From a virus (lineage: Duplodnaviria; Caudoviricetes): a stretch of 63,869 nt of DNA. This document shows positions 46,295 to 55,085 of the stretch, in pieces. The stretch lies in the IMG/VR virus record IMGVR_UViG_3300017967_000018, positions 1-63,869 of that record. One strand, 5' to 3'. The first letter of the stretch is position 1. Every line of letters starts with the position of its first letter. The notes beneath the pieces were generated by a model, which did no database searches, had not been told where the DNA came from, and was given only the letters and a program-made list of their open reading frames with translations. A program made the position numbers and the translations under genes.

Positions 46295-48214
46295 ATGGGA
46301 CGTAAAAAGAAATTAGATATCGGTGGAATTGTTAAAGATATGAAGCAAGGAATTGTTTCTTCTAGTTCCTCCTCAAGTAGATATATACCTAGCATTGTCG
46401 AGTTTATCGAATCTCCAAAATACCTAGGTTTTTCTAAAGAAGCTGATCCAAAAGCAATTGTTTTGCACCCAGCACAGATGATTGCCTTGAAGATATTTTA
46501 TAGAAACTCTCCTGGCAATGAAAACATAACTCTTACAGAGAAAGAAATAAAATTCTTGAAAGATAAAGGCCTCTATAAAGATAGCGAACTAAACAAGGGA
46601 AGTGTTCTAGAAAAATGGGAAAGTGGGGTCATATTTAATGAACTAGTACTTGTATGGGGCAGACGTTCAGGAAAAGATTTTATCACTGGCATCATTGCTC
46701 TTTATGAGGCATGTAGGCTTCTTGAAATGTCTGACGGCGACCCTTACGCATTTTATGGAATTGGTGCTGCTAACGAAATTACTATTCTTACTGTGGCTGG
46801 CGCGGCTGATCAGGCTGGAACTGCCTTTAGAGAAATTGAAGGAAAATTCTTTGATTGCAAATATTTTGAAGACAAATATATTACAGAGGGTATTACTGGA
46901 AAAGAAATACATATTCTTACAAAGAGAGATAAAATAGAAAACGCCAAAAGAAAAGAGAAAGGACTGGGCCCTAAGAAAGGTTCTATTTCTATTGAGGTGG
47001 GTCACTCTAACTCTGCATCTCTTCGTGGTAAGCAAATTTACGTTTGTATTTTGGACGAAGTCGCGTTTTACAAAACTACATCTGGATCAAGTTCTGGAGA
47101 TCAAATCTATCAGGGTCTTGCTCCCGCTGTTAAAACATTCATTAGAAAAAAGCCAATGTTCGATGAAAATGGCAACCCTGTTCTAGATGAAGACGGCAAT
47201 CAAAAAGAGCAAAAATTCTTCGATGGTAAGATTATTGCTATTTCTTCGCCGTGCGGCGAAGAAGGGTTGCTTTGGAACTTATTTTCCAAGGCAGACTCTG
47301 CGCCTCAGAGACTAGCCTTTAGAATGCCAACTTGGGAAGTAAACTTGTTTTTTACTAGGGATGATCTTAAGAAAGAATTTCCTGACCGAAGTGAAGAAGA
47401 ATTTAACATGGAATTTGGTTCTGAATTTTCGGGATCAGCAGGTGCAACATTCTTTACTAGAGAAATGGTCGATGCAGCCTTTAGTCCTGGCTTAAAAACA
47501 AGAGAAGTCAGTCAGCCAGGATGGTCCCACTTTTTTCACCTTGATCCAGCTACAAGCTCTCACAATTACGCCCTCGCTGGGGTTCATAAAGAGGTTTTCA
47601 TAAAAGACAATAAACAAGATTTTAGAATTGTGGTTGACATGCTAAAATTTTGGCATCCAGAAGGAAAGGCCATACCAGTCAATGTTATAGATAATTATGT
47701 ATTGAGCTTAAGAGGTAGATTTCATATAGCCAAAATAACTTACGATCAACACAGATCAGAAAATAGCATTAATCTTATGAGAAAGCATGGTCTTCCTGCT
47801 ATTTTGACTACTTTTCATACAAAATTTAAAATGAAGATATATCAAGAGCTTTATAACTTATTGGCTGAGGGCAAGATCTTGATACCCGATGATGGAAGTG
47901 AGGGGTCTAAGCTTTTAAAACAGGAGCTGTATAATCTTCAAAGAAAAGACACATATCAAGGATGGAAGGTCTTCCCAAGTAAGGATGCCGATACAAAAAC
48001 TGATGATTTATGTGACGCACTAGCTGCTGCAGTGTTTCAGTGCCGACATTCTATGATAGAGGCAATGCCTCAGGGTGTCTTGATCAATTCTCCTCAGGCT
48101 GGGGGTAGTAATATGGTCTGGAATGGTCCTCAAGGGCCAATAGGAATGGGTTCTGGTCAACAAATCACAGATTGGCGAGAAAATATCAATTCTTGGCCAC
48201 AAAGATTGAGATAA
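46295..48214 (+). CDS. terL: Terminase large subunit
   Basis: Walker A WGRRSGKD, Walker B CILDEVAF, ISSP motif, RNase H-like HLDPA and DDLCDALA. Confidence 0.9.
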   Translation: MGRKKKLDIGGIVKDMKQGIVSSSSSSSRYIPSIVEFIESPKYLGFSKEADPKAIVLHPAQMIALKIFYRNSPGNENITLTEKEIKFLKDKGLYKDSELNKGSVLEKWESGVIFNELVLVWGRRSGKDFITGIIALYEACRLLEMSDGDPYAFYGIGAANEITILTVAGAADQAGTAFREIEGKFFDCKYFEDKYITEGITGKEIHILTKRDKIENAKRKEKGLGPKKGSISIEVGHSNSASLRGKQIYVCILDEVAFYKTTSGSSSGDQIYQGLAPAVKTFIRKKPMFDENGNPVLDEDGNQKEQKFFDGKIIAISSPCGEEGLLWNLFSKADSAPQRLAFRMPTWEVNLFFTRDDLKKEFPDRSEEEFNMEFGSEFSGSAGATFFTREMVDAAFSPGLKTREVSQPGWSHFFHLDPATSSHNYALAGVHKEVFIKDNKQDFRIVVDMLKFWHPEGKAIPVNVIDNYVLSLRGRFHIAKITYDQHRSENSINLMRKHGLPAILTTFHTKFKMKIYQELYNLLAEGKILIPDDGSEGSKLLKQELYNLQRKDTYQGWKVFPSKDADTKTDDLCDALAAAVFQCRHSMIEAMPQGVLINSPQAGGSNMVWNGPQGPIGMGSGQQITDWRENINSWPQRLR

Positions 48215-48273
48215 TAAAAGGAATTACAATATTTTTGCAGAAAATAATTAATGCACTAGGAGGCAATAATAAA

Positions 48274-49221
48274 ATGGCTTATAATCATAAAACAGCACAG
48301 CAGAAACCATACTCTAAATTACTTTTAGACCAAGTAGATGAGTACGATACCAGCAATCATGGTTGTAAAAACTATGACAAAATGCTTGAAGAAGAAAGAA
48401 AAGATGATGCCGATCACACCGATAAAGGCTCTCTTGTCATGGAAAAGCAATTAGAAAAAGAGCAAAAAACTGCTGATTACGAGATATTAGAGAAAAAATT
48501 AAATACTCAAAAAACTGATCTAAATGAATACTCAAGTTCATTTAGAAACGACAAAGGCGCTCATCCTATGGATTATTTCCAAGAAGGTGAAAAGGCTGAG
48601 AAGAAGGCCTACAATGCTGCTGAAGAGAAGAAAAAAGACAAAAGAAAGATGGATGAAATCGCTGGAGAGCAAATGATCGGCGAGAAAACTACGATTGTAG
48701 GCAATGAGTATAAAAGCCAATTGCTTTCTAATTATGATAGCAGAGAAGATTTTGAAAAGAAAAACAAAGCCATCAAAGAGGCATCTACCACACTTTTAGA
48801 AGCCGATGCATACTTGTTTGCCATTTACAAAACTGCCAATGAAGCTGGAAGGCCACTTTCTGAAAAAGAGCAACTAGCAGTAGACAGTGTTACTGAAGCT
48901 AAGATAAAAGTTTTAGCACAATTAGAGGGCTGGACTGAAGATTTAGAAGATGAGTCTACTCCAATTGAAATAGAAGGAGATAGGCTAGAAGAGCAACTAG
49001 AGTTTAATTCTATGTCTGAAGATACAGGCTTAGAACAAGAAATGACCTCTGAGCCAGTTAACATGTTTCAATGGGCTGAAAAGGCCAAGGCTGAAATAAA
49101 CGCTGCAGAAACTGGACAATATGGAGAAATCATCGACAGGCTTCTTGGAGAAGCTAAAAATAAGTTTGACATGAACTTCAGAGAAGCAGAAGAATTCATT
49201 AGAGATGAAGTTCTTTCTTGA
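48274..49221 (+). CDS. Acidic putative head protein (HKTA|Q leader, MEKQL motifs)
   Basis: Start reassigned to 48274 (SD AGGAGG); KTA, KEA and VLA|Q sites. Confidence 0.7.
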   Translation: MAYNHKTAQQKPYSKLLLDQVDEYDTSNHGCKNYDKMLEEERKDDADHTDKGSLVMEKQLEKEQKTADYEILEKKLNTQKTDLNEYSSSFRNDKGAHPMDYFQEGEKAEKKAYNAAEEKKKDKRKMDEIAGEQMIGEKTTIVGNEYKSQLLSNYDSREDFEKKNKAIKEASTTLLEADAYLFAIYKTANEAGRPLSEKEQLAVDSVTEAKIKVLAQLEGWTEDLEDESTPIEIEGDRLEEQLEFNSMSEDTGLEQEMTSEPVNMFQWAEKAKAEINAAETGQYGEIIDRLLGEAKNKFDMNFREAEEFIRDEVLS

Positions 49222-49382
49222 TGAATTGGTATAAGAAAAAAGACAAATCTAAGAAAAAAGACAAATCTAAAGATCAGGAAAAATCTAAAGATTTTATGTC
49301 TATATCTGAATATGGGATGGACGCCACGCAGCGTCCCACTGGAAGTACAATGGATTCTAACGATGAAGTAAGACTATATTAG
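49221..49382 (+). CDS. 53-aa protein with WYK leader (MNWYKKKDKSKKKDKSKD...)
   Basis: TGATG overlap with the previous stop; not in the ORF track. Confidence 0.6.
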   Translation: MNWYKKKDKSKKKDKSKDQEKSKDFMSISEYGMDATQRPTGSTMDSNDEVRLY

Positions 49383-50083
49383 TGCAGTCTTTCTTTCCCT
49401 ATAAAATCTAAAATCTTCTGTTTATATTGTTGTCTTAATTTCTCGGCTGTAGCCGAATCGACTCCGAATTCATCATCAAAAGCCATAAAGAAATTGTGAG
49501 AATACTTCTCTGCCACCCCATCGTAGTCTGGAGCTTCATTTTTATCTCTTGTTCTCTCCGCTAGCATTTTTAACGACATAGCTGTGGCCCTAATCTCTTC
49601 TTCTTTCATTAGATGCGACAATATGTCATCTCCCCAGTAGGTGTCAAAGTCTTGTGTTCTTTCTTTGTATTCCTTTAGATGTTCAAGTTCGTGCCTTATG
49701 CCAATTAATAGTTTTTCTCTAATAGCCTGCATATTCTGTAAGTTGAATTCAGAATAGGGAATATCTAAATTCAATTGAATTTTAAAATCAGAACCCCATA
49801 ATCCTAAAAATTCCCCGTCAATTCTAAGAAAGCTATCTGGCTCAACATTAACTAAAAGATTAAGTACCAATCCAACATCTGACTGGCCAAACACGCCATG
49901 AGGTTGCTTGTACTCATAGACGTTGTAGTGCTTGCGGTATTTTCTTCTGGCTGCGTCTGGCCCTTTTCGCTCAACGGCTCGATCTCGCTGTATTATGCTT
50001 TGCTTAATTTTATCAACAAAAAAGTCCAAGATTTTTCTAGACAAGATATCATACTTACTAGTAGCTTCTTTGTACCAATTCAT
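49379..50083 (-). CDS. WYK-leader protein with HExxH zincin-like motif
   Basis: MNWYKEA|T; IRHELEHL and a downstream EEEIRA. Confidence 0.65.
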   Translation of the reverse strand: MNWYKEATSKYDILSRKILDFFVDKIKQSIIQRDRAVERKGPDAARRKYRKHYNVYEYKQPHGVFGQSDVGLVLNLLVNVEPDSFLRIDGEFLGLWGSDFKIQLNLDIPYSEFNLQNMQAIREKLLIGIRHELEHLKEYKERTQDFDTYWGDDILSHLMKEEEIRATAMSLKMLAERTRDKNEAPDYDGVAEKYSHNFFMAFDDEFGVDSATAEKLRQQYKQKILDFIGKERLH

Positions 50084-50089
50084 TTGCTT

Positions 50090-50416
50090 TTACCACATGC
50101 TTCCATCTTCAAAAAGCCAAACTTCAAAATAACTCTTGCCGTCATAAATTGGTGTCATCTCGCCATGGTCTTCAAGCCAGTCAGAAAGAAGAAGTTCATA
50201 CATTCCAGCTTTATCAAATTGACTTTCATTGATAGCTTTCGTGTATAATTTTTTTAGCTCATCTGCTTTTGCAGCCATTCCTTGAAAGGTTCTGCTTTTG
50301 TTGCTCACCCAGTCTTCATATAGGCCTAAGTTTACATCGTCTGGCTGAGCCACTTCAAGCTCAGGCCAGCCGTATATATCTGCATTAGGATTTCTAGCTT
50401 TCTTATACCAGTTCAT
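50090..50416 (-). CDS. Hypothetical protein with WYK leader (MNWYKKA|R)
   Basis: Start reassigned to 50416, 10 nt after the upstream gene's stop. Confidence 0.7.
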   Translation of the reverse strand: MNWYKKARNPNADIYGWPELEVAQPDDVNLGLYEDWVSNKSRTFQGMAAKADELKKLYTKAINESQFDKAGMYELLLSDWLEDHGEMTPIYDGKSYFEVWLFEDGSMW

Positions 50417-50426
50417 GTTATTAACG

Positions 50427-51074
50427 CTAGCAGTTCCATCTACGACGAGACTTGCATATTGGCTTGTCTGGTGTTTTTCTGCAATTGATGTTATGATCTT
50501 CCATTTGACCTTTGCTTCTTGCACAATAGCTATCTTGTCTCTTCTTTCTTTTTCCTGTAGGTTTGGATTCTGTAACAGGAGGCTTAAGGTCAGACCCAGG
50601 ATTTGCTTTTTCATAAGATTTACGTCCTTTTTCATTTAGACCACCTTTATCAGACTTTCCTTCACTTCGCTGCCAAGCTGGAGATTTTTTGCCTTTTTTG
50701 GCTTCAATAATAACTTTTCTATTAGAAGCTACGTGGACATCGCCGCCAGGACTGCCATGGCCTCCACCAGAACTCCTAACATCTACGTCAATGAGAGATT
50801 CTGGCCCCATGACAACCCAGTACCTGTCCATCGCATCAGGTTGATCATCGTCTAGAATGCCTCTCTCACCCACATCGGTAGCTATCCAATTTTCCGCATC
50901 TGCATAAGAAGAGAACGGACCATGCAAGTCGCCTCGACTTCCTGCGTAGCCTTCTCCTTCTACCATGATTGCCATGCCAGCGGGGATTCCACCCTGAGGT
51001 TCTCTGTCAAGTTCTATTAGTTGGTCGTAGCCGTCTGATTGTGCAATTGTCTTTTTGCTATATATTCTTTTCAT
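50427..51074 (-). CDS. Two-module protein: domain shared with 1425..1844 plus a C-terminal DUF6321-like module
   Basis: SPAWQRSEGK...GGLNEKGR.SY...LKPPV...SYCARSKG...RRRWNC; SD AGGAG at the reassigned start. Confidence 0.65.
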   Translation of the reverse strand: MKRIYSKKTIAQSDGYDQLIELDREPQGGIPAGMAIMVEGEGYAGSRGDLHGPFSSYADAENWIATDVGERGILDDDQPDAMDRYWVVMGPESLIDVDVRSSGGGHGSPGGDVHVASNRKVIIEAKKGKKSPAWQRSEGKSDKGGLNEKGRKSYEKANPGSDLKPPVTESKPTGKRKKRQDSYCARSKGQMEDHNINCRKTPDKPICKSRRRWNC

Positions 51075-51409
51075 TTCATTTCTCCTGTGTCCGTAGGCCA
51101 TTCTTCCTCGTACATTGTTCTTGCTCCACGAGCTTCTTGTAGCTGTAACTTTTTAAATAATTCCTTGTCACTTTCGTCTTCAGATTTCATTAACGCATTC
51201 CTTACTTCTGAATCATTGCTTCCAGAACCATATGGTTTAACATCTATTTCATATATTAATCCGTCTTCATGCTGAATCCACATTGAGGAACCTGAAGCGT
51301 GAAAAATGGAATGGATAGAAGGGATTACAGTATTTATTTTCCTTAAAATTCCGCTGGTGTCCGTGGGTATAAGGTCAGCTTGAACTTTTTTATGGGCTAT
51401 TCTTTTCAT
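51071..51409 (-). CDS. Hypothetical protein (MKRIAHKKVQA|D)
   Basis: Start reassigned to 51409, overlapping the upstream stop. Confidence 0.65.
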   Translation of the reverse strand: MKRIAHKKVQADLIPTDTSGILRKINTVIPSIHSIFHASGSSMWIQHEDGLIYEIDVKPYGSGSNDSEVRNALMKSEDESDKELFKKLQLQEARGARTMYEEEWPTDTGEMK

Positions 51410-52578
51410 TAATACCACCCGCTTTCGCTGTCTTGAATAGTAATTTGGAAAGGGCTGTCTTGCCAAATTTTCTTAGGGTTCCATCTTCTTCTGGCTGCTT
51501 CAACAATTTCTTCTGCTTCAGTATCGGTGAAATTTCTATCTTTAAAGAATCGTTGAAATGTTTTTACTGCGCCTTTGAATGTAACTGAGTTAGCTATCCT
51601 TTTAAGAGCTTCATTTTCAGTAAATGTTTTAGGAATGCTTTCGACTCGAACTGGAGGTTTGTTTTTCCTTACGCCAGAGCGAGGATCAAAAGATCCTCCT
51701 CTACTTGGATCATTAATGTCTGGATTGCTAGAGCGGTAGGATGGTTCTGGCTTCTTATCGTATTGAATGCTATTTAGGGCATGTAGAACTTTAACCCAAG
51801 CATTAAATGCCATTTGTATATTGTTTGTATTTTTTACAGCATAATCTAATTGTGCCAAATCATTTATTAGTGCCAAAGAGCCTCTATTTTGAGCATACTT
51901 TTTCATAAAAGTATTATGATCATTAATTGATGCTAATATCCCTTTAAGAATATCTTCGTTTGGCACGCTAGGGTCTGAGACAGAAGGCTTCTGGGATGAA
52001 GTTTGACTATTTGGTTCGGACTCAGGAGTAGAGGTGTCATCTTGAGATTCTTGATCAATTTGTGCATCAAATAACTGCAAGTCTCCGTATGCTGATTTTA
52101 ATACACTCAGCATGTCATTGATATCACCAGACATGATCTCCTGAGCTTGCTTTTCTCCTTCTTCGCCCGAAACAATTAAACTTCTAATATGTTCCAAATT
52201 TTTCATTGATTTATCAAGTGATCTTTTTAGCTTGCCACCCAAAGCTAAATCTCTGAAGTAATTGCCAACAGAAGAAAATGGCACTTTAACTATTTCTCCA
52301 AGTCCACCTAGAAAATCTCCGAAACCAGCAGTCTTGATTTCTTCTAGTAAATTTTCACTTTCTTTTGTATGCATGCAAATAAGAAGTGATTCTAAGTCTT
52401 TGGCTAATTTTATGAATTCAGAGTTGTTTCTGGCAAATGTTTGAATATTTTCATCTGATAGTTTGTCAAATTTCTTATGAAAAGAAATTATTTTAGGAAG
52501 CATTTCATCTAATTGGTCTGCTTCTTTGAACATGCTTTTCTTGTCCAAATCATTAGCTAACTGTGCTATTTTAATCAT
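51409..52578 (-). CDS. Putative head/ejection protein with several K-x-A sites
   Basis: IKIA|Q, FKEA|D, IKTA|G, KKYA|Q. Confidence 0.65.
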   Translation of the reverse strand: MIKIAQLANDLDKKSMFKEADQLDEMLPKIISFHKKFDKLSDENIQTFARNNSEFIKLAKDLESLLICMHTKESENLLEEIKTAGFGDFLGGLGEIVKVPFSSVGNYFRDLALGGKLKRSLDKSMKNLEHIRSLIVSGEEGEKQAQEIMSGDINDMLSVLKSAYGDLQLFDAQIDQESQDDTSTPESEPNSQTSSQKPSVSDPSVPNEDILKGILASINDHNTFMKKYAQNRGSLALINDLAQLDYAVKNTNNIQMAFNAWVKVLHALNSIQYDKKPEPSYRSSNPDINDPSRGGSFDPRSGVRKNKPPVRVESIPKTFTENEALKRIANSVTFKGAVKTFQRFFKDRNFTDTEAEEIVEAARRRWNPKKIWQDSPFQITIQDSESGWY

Positions 52579-52649
52579 TTTACATGCATCCTAAGGGGGT
52601 GTACACATTATATTATTGGGCGATTTTAAAAATTTTCCTTCAAGAACAT

Positions 52650-52678
52650 TTGACTTTTTGGGGGTTGTTGACTATAAT
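52650..52678 (+). promoter_or_regulatory. Sigma70-type promoter of the Y RNA/rsr operon
   Basis: TTGACT-N17-TATAAT, 3 nt before the first RNA. Confidence 0.85.
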
Positions 52679-52681
52679 AGG

Positions 52682-52750
52682 TTCAGCAGGCCGAAGAATA
52701 AAGGTTATCTACCGTTTATAGAATCCCCTTTAATCGCTAACTCGTCTGAA
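52682..52750 (+). ncRNA. Y RNA-like #1
   Basis: CAGGC(C)GA pairs with TCGTCTG; upper stem TAAAGG/CCTTTA followed by TTATCT; upstream of Ro60. Confidence 0.75.
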
Positions 52751-52754
52751 TTTT

Positions 52755-52844
52755 TCGCAGTATAAAATCGAATAAGAAACTTTATAGTGGAGTTCTTTAG
52801 TAGATCATGCTGGCTAACGGAGGTTCAATTCCTTCTACTGCGAC
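52755..52844 (+). ncRNA. tRNA-like RNA #1 (8-bp acceptor stem plus T-arm; degenerate D/anticodon arms)
   Basis: TCGCAGTA/TACTGCGA; GGAGG-TTCAATT-CCTTC. Confidence 0.65.
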
Positions 52845-52882
52845 TTTTTGATACGCAGGGTATCAAAAATAATCGCCTCTAT

Positions 52883-52995
52883 TTGAGCCGAAATAATTGG
52901 ATTATCTACAGATGACAAGTTCAGATGTGGCGTCCCAGAGGCGTCCAAGTAGGACACTGCTTTATTTTCTTCCAATTATAATAAAAATTGCTCAA
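52883..52995 (+). ncRNA. Y RNA-like #2
   Basis: TTGAGC(C)GA pairs with TTGCTCAA; upper stem ATAATTGGA/TCCAATTAT followed by TTATCT. Confidence 0.75.
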
Positions 52996-53091
52996 GCGAA
53001 AAGAGATGGTCAACTCTTGACACCAAAAAACCAAAGCAGTGTTATGTATTATTCGCGCGATATATTTCCCAATAAGAGATAAATCGCTTTA

Positions 53092-53176
53092 ACAGACCGA
53101 ATGGATTGAACGTTATCTTCAAATGCTATATGAAACTGCGGCTACATGCCGCTCTCGTTCGCCGCAACTTGTCTGT
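53092..53176 (+). ncRNA. Y RNA-like #3
   Basis: ACAGAC(C)GA pairs with TTGTCTGT; upper stem TGAACG/CGTTCG followed by TTATCT; GCGGC/GCCGC hairpin in the loop. Confidence 0.8.
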
Positions 53177-53182
53177 AATTTT

Positions 53183-53255
53183 GATTGGTTAGCTTAACAG
53201 GAAAAGCACCTGTCAGATCGACAGGATGAATACGGTTCGAGGCCGTGACCGATCT
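53183..53255 (+). ncRNA. tRNA-like RNA #2 (full cloverleaf, non-canonical anticodon loop)
   Basis: GATTGGT/ACCGATC, GCTT/AAGC D-arm with GG, CCTGT-CAGATCG-ACAGG, TACGG-TTCGAGG-CCGTG; no U33 and no purine 37. Confidence 0.75.
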
Positions 53256-53361
53256 TTTAAAAACGCTTTAGCAGGGCGAAAAACTGAAATATAGACTAAG
53301 AAAATAACCTTGTGGTTATGGTGTGTCTATACTCGTTTTAACATAAAAAGGAGCAATCGTT

Positions 53362-55044
53362 ATGGCTAAGAACTACGCACAATTATCGGGCAAGACTAAG
53401 GCTGCTGCAATGTTAACTCCACAGAAGGAGAAGGCGGTAAAGGGTCAGGTCAAGAATAACGAGGGTGGATATGTCTTCAAGGTCGATGACTGGACAAGGC
53501 TTAATAGATTCTTGATTCTTGGTAGTGAAGGTCCAACCTATTACCAGTCTGCTGAGAAGCTGACTAAGCAGAATGCCAAGGCTGTTACTCGTTTGATCGA
53601 GAGCGGCGAGGGCATCAAAGTTGTTGACACTGTAGTTGAAATCAGCGATCAAGGCAGGGCATACAAGAATGGTCCAGCACTATTCGTTCTTGCTCTTTGT
53701 GCTTCTTACACTGCTAAGAAGTCCAAGGCAGAATATGCAACCGAGTTAAGAAGGTACGCTTTTGCTAACCTGAATAAGGTTGCAAGAATTGGTACTCACT
53801 TGTTTGAGTTCGTTCACTACGCAGACTCCCTTCGTGGCTGGGGCAAGGCCTTTCAAAAGGCTGTTGCTAACTGGTATAATGAAAAGACCGCTGACAAGGT
53901 TGCTTATCAGGTCTGTAAGTACGCAAGCAGAAGGCTTGAAGGCGAATTGGCTTGGAGTCACCGCGACTTGCTAAGAAAGACACACCTAAGGCCAGCTACT
54001 GCGGCTCACGACACTGTGTTCCGTTATGTAACTAAGGGCAAAAAGGCCTTCAGTGACGCTGAGTGGGCTGAACTTAAGGATTCCAAGGAATTGGGATATG
54101 TTTGGGCCCACGAAGAAGTTAAGAACGCAGAGAAGGCTTCCGAAGTTAAGGCTTTGGTTAAGAACTATAATCTTGCACAAGAATCCATTCCAACCGAATG
54201 GAAGAAGGATGTAACTGTTGGTAGGGCATTGCTTGAAAACATGCCAATTACTGCTACTATTAGGGGCGTGGGCAAGCTCACTGCAAACGATGTTATTAAG
54301 CCGCTTAGCAAGGAGGCCTCTATTGTTTGCGATAGAATCACTAACGAAGAACTTATCAGAAAGGGCAGGGTTCACCCATTGCAATTCCTGATTGCTTTGA
54401 AGACCTATCAGTCTGGCGGTGGTTTCAGAGGAAGCTTGAACTGGACTCCAATTCCTCAGGTGTGCGATGCACTGGAAGAGGGTTTCTATAAGGCATTTAA
54501 CTATGTAGAGCCAACTGGCAAGAACTACATGTTAGGAATTGACGTTAGTGGTTCTATGGGCAGCTATAGATGTGGCGGGGCAGACTGTCTTACTGCTGCC
54601 CAAGGTGCAGCAGCAATGGCAATGACTATTGCTAGAACTGAAAAGAATTATGACATGAAGGGCTTCCATCATGGTCTGGTTGATTTGAAGATTAAGGCTA
54701 CTGACTCTTTGGAAACTGTCTTGAAGAAGACAGGCATCAACAACTGGGGTGGCACTGACTGTTCTGTGCCAATGCAGTATGCCATTGACAACAAGCTAGA
54801 TGTTGATGTGTTCGTTGTTATCACTGACAATGATACTCACTCTGGAAAAAGCGGTCACCCGTTCCAGGTTCTGGAGAGATATAGAAAGGAGAGAAACAAG
54901 CCAGAAGCTAAGTTGATTGTTATGGCTATGACTCCAACTAACTTCTCCATTGCAAACCCTGAAGACCCAGGAATGTTCGATGTTGTTGGCTTTGACGCTA
55001 GTGTGCCAAGGGTCATTAGCGAATTTGTCAAGGGTAATATTTAA
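53362..55044 (+). CDS. rsr: Ro60-related TROVE + vWA RNA-binding protein
   Basis: N.EGGYVF......RL.RFLILGSEG.TYY, WSHRDLLR..H, GRVHP, MIDAS DVSGSM, GGTDC..P, ITDND, D.VGFD; SD AAGGAG. Confidence 0.95.
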   Translation: MAKNYAQLSGKTKAAAMLTPQKEKAVKGQVKNNEGGYVFKVDDWTRLNRFLILGSEGPTYYQSAEKLTKQNAKAVTRLIESGEGIKVVDTVVEISDQGRAYKNGPALFVLALCASYTAKKSKAEYATELRRYAFANLNKVARIGTHLFEFVHYADSLRGWGKAFQKAVANWYNEKTADKVAYQVCKYASRRLEGELAWSHRDLLRKTHLRPATAAHDTVFRYVTKGKKAFSDAEWAELKDSKELGYVWAHEEVKNAEKASEVKALVKNYNLAQESIPTEWKKDVTVGRALLENMPITATIRGVGKLTANDVIKPLSKEASIVCDRITNEELIRKGRVHPLQFLIALKTYQSGGGFRGSLNWTPIPQVCDALEEGFYKAFNYVEPTGKNYMLGIDVSGSMGSYRCGGADCLTAAQGAAAMAMTIARTEKNYDMKGFHHGLVDLKIKATDSLETVLKKTGINNWGGTDCSVPMQYAIDNKLDVDVFVVITDNDTHSGKSGHPFQVLERYRKERNKPEAKLIVMAMTPTNFSIANPEDPGMFDVVGFDASVPRVISEFVKGNI

Positions 55045-55051
55045 GTCCTAC

Positions 55052-55085
55052 ACAGGTGAGGCCTCGGCCTTGCCTGTTTTCTTTA
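55052..55085 (+). terminator. Intrinsic terminator candidate after rsr
   Basis: ACAGGTGAGGC-CTCG-GCCTTGCCTGT followed by TTTCTTT. Confidence 0.65.

Noticed and set aside
39556-48214. Inteins or introns in nrdA, nrdB or terL
   Set aside because: Lengths are ordinary, motifs are contiguous and no intein boundary or LAGLIDADG motifs are visible
50417-50635. Upstream extension of ORF 50090..50635 (likewise track starts at 1431, 1907, 34081, 37130, 48172, 51101, 51466, 56422)
   Set aside because: Extensions overlap neighbouring genes or promoters; internal ATGs have SD, translational coupling or the WYK tag
53017-53050. Internal sigma70 promoter (TTGACA) in the Y RNA array
   Set aside because: No acceptable -10 box at 16-18 nt spacing
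52897-53082. 61-aa ORF in the ORF track
   Set aside because: TTG start without SD; overlaps the structured Y RNA-like region
53183-53255. Functional tRNA-Ile(GAT)
   Set aside because: A33 instead of U33, C37 instead of a purine and a U discriminator; kept as a tRNA mimic
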